From: Candidatus Stammera capleta | Lineage (GTDB): Bacteria > Pseudomonadota > Gammaproteobacteria > Enterobacterales > Enterobacteriaceae | DNA: 64,000 bases | Assembly: GCA_036884345.1 (NCBI GenBank) | Contig: CP145602.1 | Coordinates: forward strand, 35,394 to 99,393 | Reading direction: 5' to 3' | Part shown: positions 52,182-63,743 of the stretch, piece by piece | Layout: each line of letters starts with the position of its first letter | How positions within the stretch are numbered: position 1 is the stretch's first letter | Notes under the pieces: generated by a model | Seen by the model: only the letters and a program-made list of their open reading frames with translations | Database searches by the model: none | What the model was told of the DNA's origin: nothing | Made by a program: the position numbers and the translations under genes

Positions 52182-53579
52182 ATGTTAACTTTATTATTAA
52201 TAGGTAATACAAATGTAGGTAAAACAAGTTTTTTTAATTTATTAACTAAAACAAATTTAGCTATATATAATAAAATAAATAATTTTACTTATGATTTTAA
52301 TTATGGTATTTTTTCTTTTAAAAATAAATATTCTATATGTATAGATACATATAATATTTATAGAATAAATTTTTTAAAAGTAAATAAAGATATAAAAAGA
52401 AAATATATATATGATCAATTTATTTATATAATTAAAAATGTTGATTTAATATGTTTATTAGTTGATTATAGTTTAGGAATAAATGATAATGATATATATT
52501 TGTCTAAATTATTTTTAAAAACTTTTAAAAAAAATATTGTTTTATTAATAAATAAAATAGATTTATGTAAAGATTATTATTTAAATTTATATAATTATCG
52601 TTGTTTAGGAATAAATTTTATTTATCCTATTTCTATTTTAAATAGAAAAGGTATTTCTTTTTTTTTAAATGATATTTTTTTTAAAAAAAATATATTTTTA
52701 AAAAAAAAAATGTTTTTTTATAAAAAAATTTTTTTTTATTGTTTAAATTTAGATAAATATAGTTTTTTATTTCAAAAAAAAAATAATAAATTATATTTTA
52801 ATAATTATATTAAAATAATTATATTAGGTAAACCTAATGTAGGTAAATCAACTTTAATGAATTTTATGGTAGGTAATAATAGATCTATTATTTATTATAA
52901 ATCTGGAACTACTAAAGATTTTATAACTTGTTCAATAAATATTAAAAATATTAATTATATTATTAGTGATTCTCCAGGATTAAATAAATTTACTGAAAAT
53001 TTTTATATTAAAGATAAATATTTTTTTTTAAATAAAATTTTTGAATTTAAAATTATTTTTTATTTAATTGATATTAATATAGGTATTACTAAATATGATT
53101 TAATTTTGTTAAATTTATTATTTAAACATGGTAAAATAATAATATTAATATTTAATAAATGTGAATTATATAGTAAATTAGATTTAAAAAATTATAAAAA
53201 AAGTATTGTATCTAAATATAATTTTATTAATTATATAGATGTTTATTTTGTATCTGTAATTAATATGAAATATAAATATTTGTTGTTTATATTTGAAAAA
53301 TTAATTATTAATTATAAAAATATTTTTTTAAAAAAAATTACTAGTTATAAATTAACTAAAATTTTAAAAAAATCTATAAATAAATTTTATAGTTTTAATA
53401 AAGAATTAGTTAAATTAAAATATGCTCATATAGGTGGTTATTTACCTTTTACAATTGTTATACATGGTAAAAAAATAAATTTATTAACTTCTACTTATAA
53501 AAATTATTTAATTAATTTTTATATTAAAAAGTTAAAATTTAAAGGATGTAAAATTTTTTTAAAATTTAAAGAAATATAA
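52182..53579 (+). CDS. der: ribosome-associated double-GTPase Der (EngA)
   Basis: Track ORF of 465 aa with two P-loops (GNTNVGKT, GKPNVGKST) and a KH-like C-terminus. hisS..der synteny is preserved. Confidence 0.88.
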   Translation: MLTLLLIGNTNVGKTSFFNLLTKTNLAIYNKINNFTYDFNYGIFSFKNKYSICIDTYNIYRINFLKVNKDIKRKYIYDQFIYIIKNVDLICLLVDYSLGINDNDIYLSKLFLKTFKKNIVLLINKIDLCKDYYLNLYNYRCLGINFIYPISILNRKGISFFLNDIFFKKNIFLKKKMFFYKKIFFYCLNLDKYSFLFQKKNNKLYFNNYIKIIILGKPNVGKSTLMNFMVGNNRSIIYYKSGTTKDFITCSINIKNINYIISDSPGLNKFTENFYIKDKYFFLNKIFEFKIIFYLIDINIGITKYDLILLNLLFKHGKIIILIFNKCELYSKLDLKNYKKSIVSKYNFINYIDVYFVSVINMKYKYLLFIFEKLIINYKNIFLKKITSYKLTKILKKSINKFYSFNKELVKLKYAHIGGYLPFTIVIHGKKINLLTSTYKNYLINFYIKKLKFKGCKIFLKFKEI

Positions 53580-53599
53580 TTTTATAAAAAATAAAGTTT

Positions 53600-53965
53600 A
53601 TTAACTAAAAATTTTCAATCGCTATTATATATAGAGGAAAGTCTGGACTCCTAGGATAAAATGCCAGACAATATCTGGAAAAATTATATTTTATGAAAAG
53701 TGCAACAGAAAATAACCGCTTTATTTTTAAAGTAAGGGTGAAAAAGTGTGGTAAAAGCACACTATATTTTATAGAAATATAAAATATGTGTAAACTCCAT
53801 TTGGAGAAAGGTTAAATTAGATATTAAAATATGTTTTTAAAAATGTACTTATCCGTACGGATATTTTATATCATGGTAAACCGATTGAGTTATTAAGTAA
53901 TTAATAACCTAGATAAATGATTGTTTAAACAGAATCCAGCTTATAAATAAGTTATAAAATTTTAT
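53600..53965 (+). ncRNA. rnpB: RNase P RNA (type A), AT-rich and reduced; ends approximate (+/- about 15 nt)
   Basis: Universally conserved blocks are present: GAGGAAAGTCTGGACTCC (53634-), AGTGCAACAGAAAATAACCGC, GTAAGGGTGAAAAAGTGTGGTAAAAGCACAC, GTGTAAACTCCATTTGGAG and AAACAGAATCCAGCTTAT (about 53928-53945). Confidence 0.88.
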
Positions 53966-54184
53966 TTTTTATGTTTATTTTTAAATATATATTTTAAAAA
54001 ATTTTTTTTATTTATTAATTAAATATTAAAATTTTAGATTTTTATTTTTTAAAATTATAAAATTTTATATTTAAGTAATATTTATATTAGTTATTTTATT
54101 TTTTTATTGTATATATTATTAATAATTAATTATTTTTTTTAAAAAAATATTTATTTTTTATAATATTATAGAATATAATTTTTT

Positions 54185-55558
54185 ATGTTAAAAATTTTTA
54201 ATACTTTAAATAAAAAAAAAGAATTATTTAAATCTATTCAATGTAAATTAGTTAATATATATGTATGTGGTATTACAGTATCTAATTATTGTCATATAGG
54301 ACATGGTCGTACTTTTTATTTTTTTGATATTTTAGTAAATTATTTAAAACATATAGGTTATAAATGTAATTATGTACGTAATATTACAGATGTAGATAAT
54401 AAATTGATTAAAAAATCTTTGCAAAAAAAAATTTCTTTAAAAGATTTGTCATATAAAATGATTATTAATATGTGAAATAATTTTAATAATTTAAATTTTA
54501 GTAAACCTTCTTTTGAACCTAAAATTACTGATCATATAAAAATTATTATTAAAGAAATAAAAAAATTAATAGTATTAAAATATGCTTATATTTCTTTAAA
54601 TGGTGATGTATATTTTAAAATAAAAAAATATTTAAATAAAAATATTTTTCTTTTAAAGAAAAATATAGATATTTTTAAAAAAGATTTTGTTTTATGAAAA
54701 GTAAATAAAGGTAGTTTAAATTATGGATGGAAATCTCCTTGAGGTAAAGGTATACCTGGATGACATATAGGTTGTTCTGTAATAAGTAATAAATATTTAA
54801 ATAATAATATTGATATACATGGTGGTGGTTACGATTTAATTTTTCCTCATCATGAAAATGATATAATTCAATCTAAATGTTTATATGGTAATAAATATAA
54901 AGCTAATTATTGAATTCATACTGGAATGGTATTAAATATTAAGGGATGTAAATTATCTAAATCTAAAGATAATAATATTTATAGATTATGTGATTTATTA
55001 AAAATATATCATTCAGATGTATTAAAATTTTTTTTTATGTCTACTCATTATAGAAAAAATTTATATTTTAATTCTTTAAATTTTATAAAATATAAAGAAT
55101 GTATTAATAAATTATATTTATGTTTAAATAATTTAAATTTAAATATTAATTTAAAAAAAAAAGATTATTTAATTTTTAAAGAATTTGATGATTTGTTTTA
55201 TAATTATATGAATGATGATTTAAATATACCTAAAGTATATACATTAATTTTTTATATGATGCATGAAATTAATAAATTTAAATGTAATAATTTTTCTTTA
55301 GCTAATAAATTAGCATTAAGAATGCGTTATTTTGCTAATATTATCGGAATATTAAATAGTAATATTAATTATTATTTAAAAAATAAATTAAGTTTTAAAA
55401 TTGATATTAAAAAAATTAATAAGATAGTTAGAATTAGAAATTTAGCTCGTAAGAGAAAAAAATGATATATAGCTGATTTATTACGTAATAAATTATATAA
55501 ATTAAATGTTTTAGTAAGGGATAAGAAAAAATTTAATTCAGATTGATATTTAAAATAA
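54185..55558 (+). CDS. cysS: cysteine--tRNA ligase
   Basis: Track ORFs 54185-54475 and 54926-55465 are in one frame. [28 protein letters not shown] and KLSKS are present. The C-terminus SDW-YLK* resembles E. coli TTWRRK*. Confidence 0.93.
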
Positions 55559-56413
55559 TTTTTTGTTATTTTTTTTATATATTTTAATTATGTTTTTTAG
55601 TAATATTGATATAGTCATTAATCCTATTCCTCCAGGAGTTGGAGTAATATATTTAACTATTTTTTTAGCTTCTAAAAAATTAATATCTCCTACAATTTTA
55701 TTATTAATTTTATTTATTCCTATATCTATAACTATAGTTTTTTTTTTAATTCAATGTGTAGGAAATAAATTATATTTTCCAGTTGCGCTTATTAGTAAAT
55801 CAGTATTTTGAATATATTTTTTAATATTTTTTGTTTTTTTATTTGCTAATGTTACTGTACATCCTTCATTAATTAATTCCATACTCATAGGTTTTCCTAC
55901 TAGATTAGATGTTCCTATTATAAGAGCATTTAATCCTATTAAATTAATTTTATATAATTTTAATAATTTTATTACACCTAATGGTGTACAAGGATGTATA
56001 TAACATTTTCCTTGAGATAATTTACCTATATTTTGTGAATTTAATCCATCTACGTCTTTATTAGGATTTATATTATTAATTATTTTATTTGTATTTAAGT
56101 GTTTAGGTATAGGTAATTGAATTAATAGACAATCAATTTTTTTATTGTTATTATTTTTTTTTATTATTTTAATTATTTTTTTTTCTGTTATATTTGATTT
56201 TAGTTTTTTAATTTTATATTTTATATTAACTTTATTAAAATTTGTACATTTTTTTTTTATATATATATTGGATGCAGTATTATTTCCTATACTTAAAATT
56301 AATATACTTGGTTTTCTACCATATTTTTTTTTTAATAAAGAAATAGTTTTTTTAATTTTTGTTTTTGTTTTTTTTAAATATATGTTTCCATATAATATTT
56401 TACAATTAATCAT
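55550..56413 (-). CDS. folD: bifunctional methylenetetrahydrofolate dehydrogenase/cyclohydrolase
   Basis: Track ORF 55751-56413 is extended through TGA ([18 protein letters not shown]...[12 protein letters not shown]). 287 aa. The stop is at 55550-55552. Confidence 0.92.
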
Positions 56414-56456
56414 TTAATTGACTTTAGAAATATATTAATGATAATATAATTTTATT

Positions 56457-56530
56457 ACGCTCTTAGCTCAGTTGGATAGAGCAACAGCCTTCTAAGCTGT
56501 AGGTCACAGGTTCAAATCCTGTAGAGCGTG
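56457..56530 (+). tRNA. argU: tRNA-Arg (anticodon UCU), no encoded CCA
   Basis: ACGCTCT-TA-GCTC-AGTTGGAT-AGAGC-A-ACAGC-CTTCTAA-GCTGT-AGGTC-ACAGG-TTCAAAT-CCTGT-AGAGCGT-G. It closely resembles E. coli argU. Confidence 0.92.
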
Positions 56531-56534
56531 TTAA

Positions 56535-58886
56535 TTAGTTATAAATTTGTTTTTTAAATATATTTTTTTTAAAGGTTAATTTTAAAACTTCTTTAATATT
56601 TTTTAATGTATATATTTTAATATTTTTAATTATATTTTTAGGTATTTCTTCTAAATTTTTTTTATTACTTTTAGGTATAATAACTTTTTTAATTCCTCCT
56701 CTTAAAGCAGCTAAAAGTTTTTCTTTTAATCCTCCTATAGGTAAAATTCTTCCATATAGTGTTATTTCTCCAGTCATAGCTATATTAGATTGAACTTTTT
56801 CTTTTATTAAACTTGATATTATAGAAGTACATATAGTTATTCCTGCACTTGGACCATCTTTAGGTGTTGCTCCTTCAGGTATATGTATATGTATATCATT
56901 TTTGTTGTGAAATTTATTATCTATATTAATTTTTTTTGTTAATGTTCTTACTACAGTAAGAGCAATTTTTATAGATTCTTGCATAACTTCACCTAATGAT
57001 CCAGTATATGTTAATTTACCTTTTCCTGGTATACATATAGATTCTATATTTATTATTTCTCCTCCTGTTTCAGTTCAAGCTAATCCTGTAACTTGTCCTA
57101 TGGGGTTTTCTTTTTTTATTTTTTCGTAATTATATTTTTTAATACCTAAAAATTTTTTTAAATTTTTAAAATTTATTTTAATTGATTTACATTTTTTATT
57201 TATTGTAATTTTTTTAACTGATTTTCTACATATTTTAGAAATTTCTCTTTGTAAAGATCTTACTCCTGATTCTTTAGTATAATATCTAATTATATCTATA
57301 ATAGATTTGTTACTAATTTTTATTTCATTATTTTTTAAAAAATTATTTTTTATTTGTTTTGGAATTAGATACTTTTTAGCTATATTAAATTTTTCATTTT
57401 CTGTATAACCTACTAGTTTTATTATTTCCATACGATCTAATAATGGAGGTATAATATTATGTATTGAATTAGCTGTAGCTATAAACATTATATTAGATAG
57501 ATCATATTCTATTTCAATATAATGATCGTTAAATAAATTATTTTGTTCTGTATCTAATACTTCTAAAAGAGCTGATGAAGGATCTCCTCTCATATCAGAA
57601 GATATTTTATCTATTTCATCTAATAAAAATAAAGGATTTATTACTTTTGTTTTTGAAATTTTTTGTATAATTTTTCCAGGCATTGAACCTATATATGTTC
57701 TTCTATGTCCTCTAATTTCTGCTTCATCTCTTATACCACCTAAAGACATTCTAATATATTTTCTCCCTGTAGCTTTAGAAATTGATTTTCCTAAAGATGT
57801 TTTACCTACTCCTGGTGGACCTATAAAACATAATATTGGACCTTTTAATTTTTCAGATCTATTTTGTACAGCTAAATATTCTAAAATTCTTTCTTTTATA
57901 TATTCTAAACCGTAATGATCTTTATCTAAAATTTTTTTAGCTTTTTTTAAATCTTTTTTTATTTTAGTTTTTTTATATCATGGAATTTGCATTATTCAGT
58001 CTATATAATTTCTTGTAACTGTAGCTTCTGCTGATAAAGGAGACATTAATCTTAATTTTTTTAATTCTACAATAGTTTTTTTTTTAATTTCTTTGGGTAT
58101 TTTAATATTTTTAAATTTTTTATATAATAACTCATATTCATTAGATGGATGATTTTCTCCTAATTCTTTATGTATAGCTTTTATTTGTTCATTTAAATAA
58201 TATTCTTTTTGACTTTTTTCCATTTGTTTTTTAATTCTATTTCTTATTTTTTTTTCTATTTTAAGAATATTTATTTCTGATTCTATTGTAGATATTAGAT
58301 ATTCTAATCTTTTATTAATATTATTTATTTCTAGAATACGTTGTTTATTATTTAATTTTAATGGAATATGAGTTGCTATAGTATCAACTAATTTAACTGG
58401 ATTATTAATGTTATTTAATGAATTTAATATTTCTATAGGTATTTTTTTACTTATTTTAATATAATATTCAAATTGATTAATTAAAGTTTTAGTAATAATT
58501 TTTTGTTCTTTTTTATTTATTTTAGATTCGTGAATTTTTTTTATTAGTGCAATAAAATATTTTCCTTTATCTTGTATTTCTATGATTTTAGCTCTTTCTA
58601 ATCCCTCTACTAAAATTTTTATTGTTCCATCTGGTAATTTAAGTACTTGAAGTATAGAAGATACTGTTCCTATTTTAAATAAATCATTTATATTTGGTTC
58701 ATTTATAGATGCTTTTTTTTGTGCTACTAAAAGAATTTTTTTATTTTGTTGCATTGATAATTCTAAACAAAATATAGATTTTTTACGTCCTATAAATAAA
58801 GGAACTATCATATTTGGATATACTACTACATCACGTAATGGTAGAATTAGGATCTCAGTATTTTTTTGAGATCTTTTTAGGTGCAT
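56535..58886 (-). CDS. lon: ATP-dependent protease Lon
   Basis: Track ORFs 57996-58886, 57075-57749 and 56535-56984 are in one frame joined by [17 protein letters not shown] (in a gap, translated by hand) and [11 protein letters not shown] (catalytic Ser) are present. 783 aa. Confidence 0.95.
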
Positions 58887-58890
58887 ATTT

Positions 58891-60111
58891 TTACCTCTTA
58901 TTTATTTTTTTATATATTACATAAGGTTTAATTTTTTTATTGACTACTTTTTTACTTATTATTATTTTTTTAATACCTTCTATTGAAGGTATATTATACA
59001 TTAAATCTATTAATATATCTTCTATTATATTTTTTAATCCTCTAGCTCCTGTTTTTTTTTTTATTGTTTTAATAACTATTTGTTTAAGAGATTTTTTAGT
59101 AAATATAAGATTTATTTTATATAATTTAAATATATTTTGATAATATTTAATTATTGAATTTTTAGGTTTGATTAATATTTTTAATAAATCATTTTTTTTT
59201 AATTTATTTATATGAATAATATTAGAAAATCTACCTATAAATTCTGGTATAAATCCAAAATTTATTAAATCTTGTGTATTTATTTTAGATTTTTTTTTTT
59301 TTATATATTTACTATTAAAACCTATTTTGTAATTATTTGTTCTTTTTTTAATTATTTTATTTATACCATTAAATGTTCCACTGCATATAAATAAAATATT
59401 TGTAGTATCTATTTGTATATTATCTTGTTGAGGATGTATTCTTCCTCCTTTTTTAGGTACAGAAGATATTGTTCCTTCTATAATTTTTAATAAAGATTGT
59501 TGTACTCCTTCTCCAGAAACATCTCTAGTAATAGATAAATTAATAGATTTTTTTGCTATTTTATCTATTTCATCAATAAAAATAATTCCATATTGAGCTT
59601 TTGAAATATTAAAATTACATTTTTGTATTAATCTATATAATATATTTTCTACATCTTCTCCAACATATCCAGCTTCTGTTAAAGATGTAGCGTCAGTTAT
59701 AACTATTGGTATATTTATAATTTTTGATATTGTTTTAGCTAATAATGTTTTACCACTACCTGTAGGTCCTATTATTAAAATATTTGATTTGTTAGTAAAA
59801 TATTTTTTATAATTATATTTTATATTATAAATAATTTTATAATGATTGTATATGTGTGTTGATAGTATTTTTTTAGCTTCATTTTGTCCTATAATATATT
59901 GATCTAATTTTTTTTTTATTTTTTTAGGTGTATATTTTAGAATATTAAAAATATTTTTACTTTTATTTTTTTTTTTTAGAAAATTTATTTTATTAAATGT
60001 AGTAATACATTCATTACATATATATGATTTTTTACCAATAATCATTTTTTTAACTTGATATTTAGATTTTTGACAAAAAGAACAATTTATGTTTAGATTA
60101 TCAATTTTCAT
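58891..60111 (-). CDS. clpX: ATP-dependent protease ATPase subunit ClpX
   Basis: Track ORF of 406 aa with the zinc motif CSFC...CNEC and Walker [12 protein letters not shown]. Confidence 0.96.
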   Translation of the reverse strand: MKIDNLNINCSFCQKSKYQVKKMIIGKKSYICNECITTFNKINFLKKKNKSKNIFNILKYTPKKIKKKLDQYIIGQNEAKKILSTHIYNHYKIIYNIKYNYKKYFTNKSNILIIGPTGSGKTLLAKTISKIINIPIVITDATSLTEAGYVGEDVENILYRLIQKCNFNISKAQYGIIFIDEIDKIAKKSINLSITRDVSGEGVQQSLLKIIEGTISSVPKKGGRIHPQQDNIQIDTTNILFICSGTFNGINKIIKKRTNNYKIGFNSKYIKKKKSKINTQDLINFGFIPEFIGRFSNIIHINKLKKNDLLKILIKPKNSIIKYYQNIFKLYKINLIFTKKSLKQIVIKTIKKKTGARGLKNIIEDILIDLMYNIPSIEGIKKIIISKKVVNKKIKPYVIYKKINKR

Positions 60112-60122
60112 ATTTTAATATA

Positions 60123-60683
60123 TTAATTTCTTTGATTAATAATTTTGTCTATTATTCCATAATTTAGAGCTTTATTAGCGGAAAAAAATTTATCTCTTTC
60201 TATATCTTTGGAAATTTTTTTTATAGTTTGTTTTGTGTTATTACTTAATAAATAAATAATTTTTTTTTTTATTTTTAATATTTCTTTTGTATGTATTTCT
60301 ATATCTGTTACTTGCCCTTGTAAACTACCTAAAGGTTGATGAATCATTATTCTAGAATTAGGTAAACTAAATCTTTTTTTTTTTTTTCCTGAAGATAATA
60401 TTATTGCAGCCATTGAACATGCTTGACCAATACATATTGTATTTATATCTGGTTTAATAAAATTCATTGTATCATATATTGACATACCTGATGTTATTAT
60501 TCCTCCAGGAGAATTAATGTATAAATAAATATCTTTTTTATAATTTTTTGATTCTAAATATAATAATTGAGTAATTATATTATTAGATAAAATATCGTCT
60601 ATATAACCAGTTAGAAAAATTATTCTGTTATTTAAAAGTTTATTATATATATTTATATATTTGTTATTATAATTTTCTTCCAT
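60123..60683 (-). CDS. clpP: ATP-dependent Clp protease proteolytic subunit
   Basis: Track ORF of 186 aa with [11 protein letters not shown] (Ser) and MIHQP (His). Confidence 0.96.
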   Translation of the reverse strand: MEENYNNKYINIYNKLLNNRIIFLTGYIDDILSNNIITQLLYLESKNYKKDIYLYINSPGGIITSGMSIYDTMNFIKPDINTICIGQACSMAAIILSSGKKKKRFSLPNSRIMIHQPLGSLQGQVTDIEIHTKEILKIKKKIIYLLSNNTKQTIKKISKDIERDKFFSANKALNYGIIDKIINQRN

Positions 60684-60703
60684 ATATTATTTAAAATTTT
60701 ATT

Positions 60704-61129
60704 TTAATATTTAATTATTTTGTCTAAAATATTGTTTATTAATTTATAACTATTATTGAATCCAAATTTTTTTGCTAGTTTAATACTTTCATTTATTACT
60801 ATTTTATAAGGTATTTTTTTATTTATTTTTAATTCATATGTAGCAATACTAAGTATTAAAAATTCTATTTTTCCTATATATGTTTCTTTAAAAATTAAAG
60901 ATGAATAAATTTTTTTTTTTATATATTTTTTATTTTTTTTTGTTCCTTTTAATATTTTATATAAATAATATATATTTATATTATTTAGTATTTTAGGATT
61001 GATTAATTTAAATTCTTTTATTTTTTTTTTTATGTTTTTATTTTTAGAAATTTTACAAGAATACATTATTTGTAATGCTAATTCTCTGGTATTTTTATTT
61101 TTTATAAAAAACAATTTTATATCCTTCAT
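60704..61129 (-). CDS. nusB: transcription antitermination factor NusB
   Basis: Track ORF of 141 aa. RELALQIMYS and INESIKLAKKFGFNNSYKLINNILDKI resemble the NusB C-terminal signature. Confidence 0.8.
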   Translation of the reverse strand: MKDIKLFFIKNKNTRELALQIMYSCKISKNKNIKKKIKEFKLINPKILNNINIYYLYKILKGTKKNKKYIKKKIYSSLIFKETYIGKIEFLILSIATYELKINKKIPYKIVINESIKLAKKFGFNNSYKLINNILDKIIKY

Positions 61130-61134
61130 TAAAT

Positions 61135-61356
61135 TTATTTATTGTTACGAAATATTATTCTTCCTTTATTAATATCATAAGGAGTTAATTCTACTGTTAC
61201 TTTATCACCTGTTAATATTCTAATATAATTTTTTCTCATTTTACCTGATATATGTCCTATTATTAAATGTCCATTATCTAATTTTATTTTAAACATTGTA
61301 TTTGGTAAAGTTTCTATTACTATTCCTTGTACTTCAATATTTTTTTCTTTTATCAT
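61135..61356 (-). CDS. infA: translation initiation factor IF-1
   Basis: Track ORF of 73 aa with [37 protein letters not shown]. Confidence 0.97.
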   Translation of the reverse strand: MIKEKNIEVQGIVIETLPNTMFKIKLDNGHLIIGHISGKMRKNYIRILTGDKVTVELTPYDINKGRIIFRNNK

Positions 61357-61364
61357 AGTAAATT

Positions 61365-62315
61365 TTATTTAGTTTTTCTTTCTAAATATTTTTTTACTTC
61401 CATAGCGGCTATACATCCTGATGCTGAAGAAGTTATTGCTTGTTTAAATTTGTTATTTATTACATCTCCTGCAGCAAATACACCTTTTATATTGGTCATA
61501 GATTGATATTTAGAATTTTTGTAGTTTGTTATTATATAACCTTGTTTATCCAGATTAATATTTTTTTTAAATATTTTAGTATTAGGTTTATAACCTATTG
61601 CTATAAATAATCCACTTATTTTAATTTTTTTTTTTTTATTATTTTTTAAATTTTTTATTTTTATACAATTTAAATATTTATTTTTTTTGTATATTTTAAT
61701 AATTTTATAATTTTTATAAAATAATATTTTTTTTTTTTTTATTTGTTTATAGATTTTTTTTATTAAAAATTTTTCTGATGTTAAATTTCTTCTATGTATT
61801 AAATAGATTTTATTAGCTATTTTAGATAAATATATAGTTTCTTCTGAAGCAGTATTTCCTCCACCTATTATTGCAATATTTTTTTTTTTATATAATAAAC
61901 CATCACATGTTGAACATGTAGATATACCTTTACCATATAATTCTTTTTCATAAGTTAAATTTAATTTCTTAGGTATACATCCAACAGCTATTATTAATGT
62001 AATACAAAAATATTTTTTATTTTTACTTTTTAAAGTAATTACTTTATTATTATATTTAATATTAATTATAGTATCATAAATTATTTTAGTATTAAATTTT
62101 ATAGATTGTTTTTTCATATTTTTAATTAATTTAATACCTTTAATACCTTTATATTCTCCTGGTCAATTTTCTATTTTATTTGATTTTATTATTTGACTAT
62201 CTTGTTCATGTTTAGTTATTATTATTGGTTTAAGATTATATCTACTAGCATATATAGAAGATGTATATCCTGCTGGTCCTGAACCTATAATAATTAGTTT
62301 TTCTATTTTTTTCAT
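61365..62315 (-). CDS. trxB: thioredoxin reductase
   Basis: ATG at 62315 gives [20 protein letters not shown]...ENW(TGA)PG, in the same frame as track ORF 61365-62117. The redox motif CSTCDG is present. 316 aa. Confidence 0.93.
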
Positions 62316-62439
62316 AGTAATTTTAAATCTTATTATAAATATATATTATTAAAATATAGTATAATTATACTACTGGTGTAAAAAATTTATAATTGTATAA
62401 TTAATAATTAGTATTTAAATTTTAATAATTAATAATTTT

Positions 62440-63726
62440 ATGTTAGATATAAAATTTTTGTTAGATAATTATAATGTTTTATCTAAACAATTAAATAATC
62501 GTATTTCATATTTTGATATAAAAAAGATATGTTTTTTATTTAATAAAAAAAAACAAATAAAATTTGAAATTGAATTATTACAATTCAAACGTAATTTTTT
62601 TACTAAAAAATTTTTTATTTATATAAAAAAAGATTCTTTTTTTTTGAAAGATATTATTAAATATTTTAAAGTTAATATAAATTTTAAAAAAAAAATTTTA
62701 AATAAAATATCTTTAATTTTACAAAAAATTTTATTTAGTATACCAAATATTCCTCATAAAAGTGTTCCATTAGGTAAAAATGATTCAAATAATAAAATAA
62801 TTTATAATTGAGGTATTATTAAAAAAAAAAAAAAAATATTAAGTCATATAAAATTTGGTAAATTAACTGGTAATTTAAATTTTGATGATTCTTCTAATAT
62901 TAGTGGTTCAGGTTTTGTAATTATGAAAAATAATATTGCTCTTTTATATAGAGCTATATCACAATTTATGTTAGATATACATACAAAAAAAAATTTTTAT
63001 TCTGAAATTTATGTTCCTTATATTGTAAATATTTCTTCTTTATATGGTTCAGGACAATTACCAAAATTTTATAAAGATATATTTTATATAAGTTCTAAAA
63101 GAGAAAAAAATATTAATTATGCTTTAATACCTACATCAGAAGTTTCATTAATAAATTTATTTAAAAATAAAATTTTAAATGATAGTGATTTACCTATTAA
63201 ATTAGTTTCTAATACTCCATGTTTTAGATCTGAATCTAAATCTTATGGTAAAAATAATAGAGGTTTAATTAGATTAAAACAATTTGATAAAGTTGAATTA
63301 ATTCAAATTGTTAAACCTCAAAATTCTATGTTAGCTTTAGAAGAATTAACTAATTCTGCTGAAGTAATACTTAAAAAATTAAATTTATCTTATCGTAAAG
63401 TATTATTATGTAGTAAATTAATGAGTTTTAGTTCTTGTAAAACTTATGATTTAGAAGTTTGATCTCCTTTAGATAAAAGTTATATTGAAGTTTCTTCTTG
63501 TTCTAATACATGAGATTTTCAATCTAGAAGAATAAATATTCGTTATAAAAATGTTCAATTAAATAAAAATATTTTTGTACATATTATTAATGGTTCTGGT
63601 TTAGCTATAGGTAGAATATTAATGTTAATATTAGAAAATTTTCAAATAGATACAGGTGTAATTAAAATACCTGATGTTTTATTAAATTATATGAATGGTA
63701 TAAAATTTATTAAATTAAATGATTAA
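62440..63726 (+). CDS. serS: serine--tRNA ligase
   Basis: Track ORFs 62440-62811 and 62923-63462 are in one frame, extended through TGA (EVW-SP...SSCSNTW-DFQSRR...NGSGLAIGR). TAA is at 63724-63726. 428 aa. Confidence 0.93.
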
Positions 63727-63743
63727 TTATTAATTTTATTTAT

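Noticed and set aside
53953-54068. A 13-mer TATAAAATTTTAT repeated at about 53953 and about 54056 in the rnpB-cysS spacer.
   Set aside because: It is a short AT-only word, and recurrence is expected by chance at this composition.
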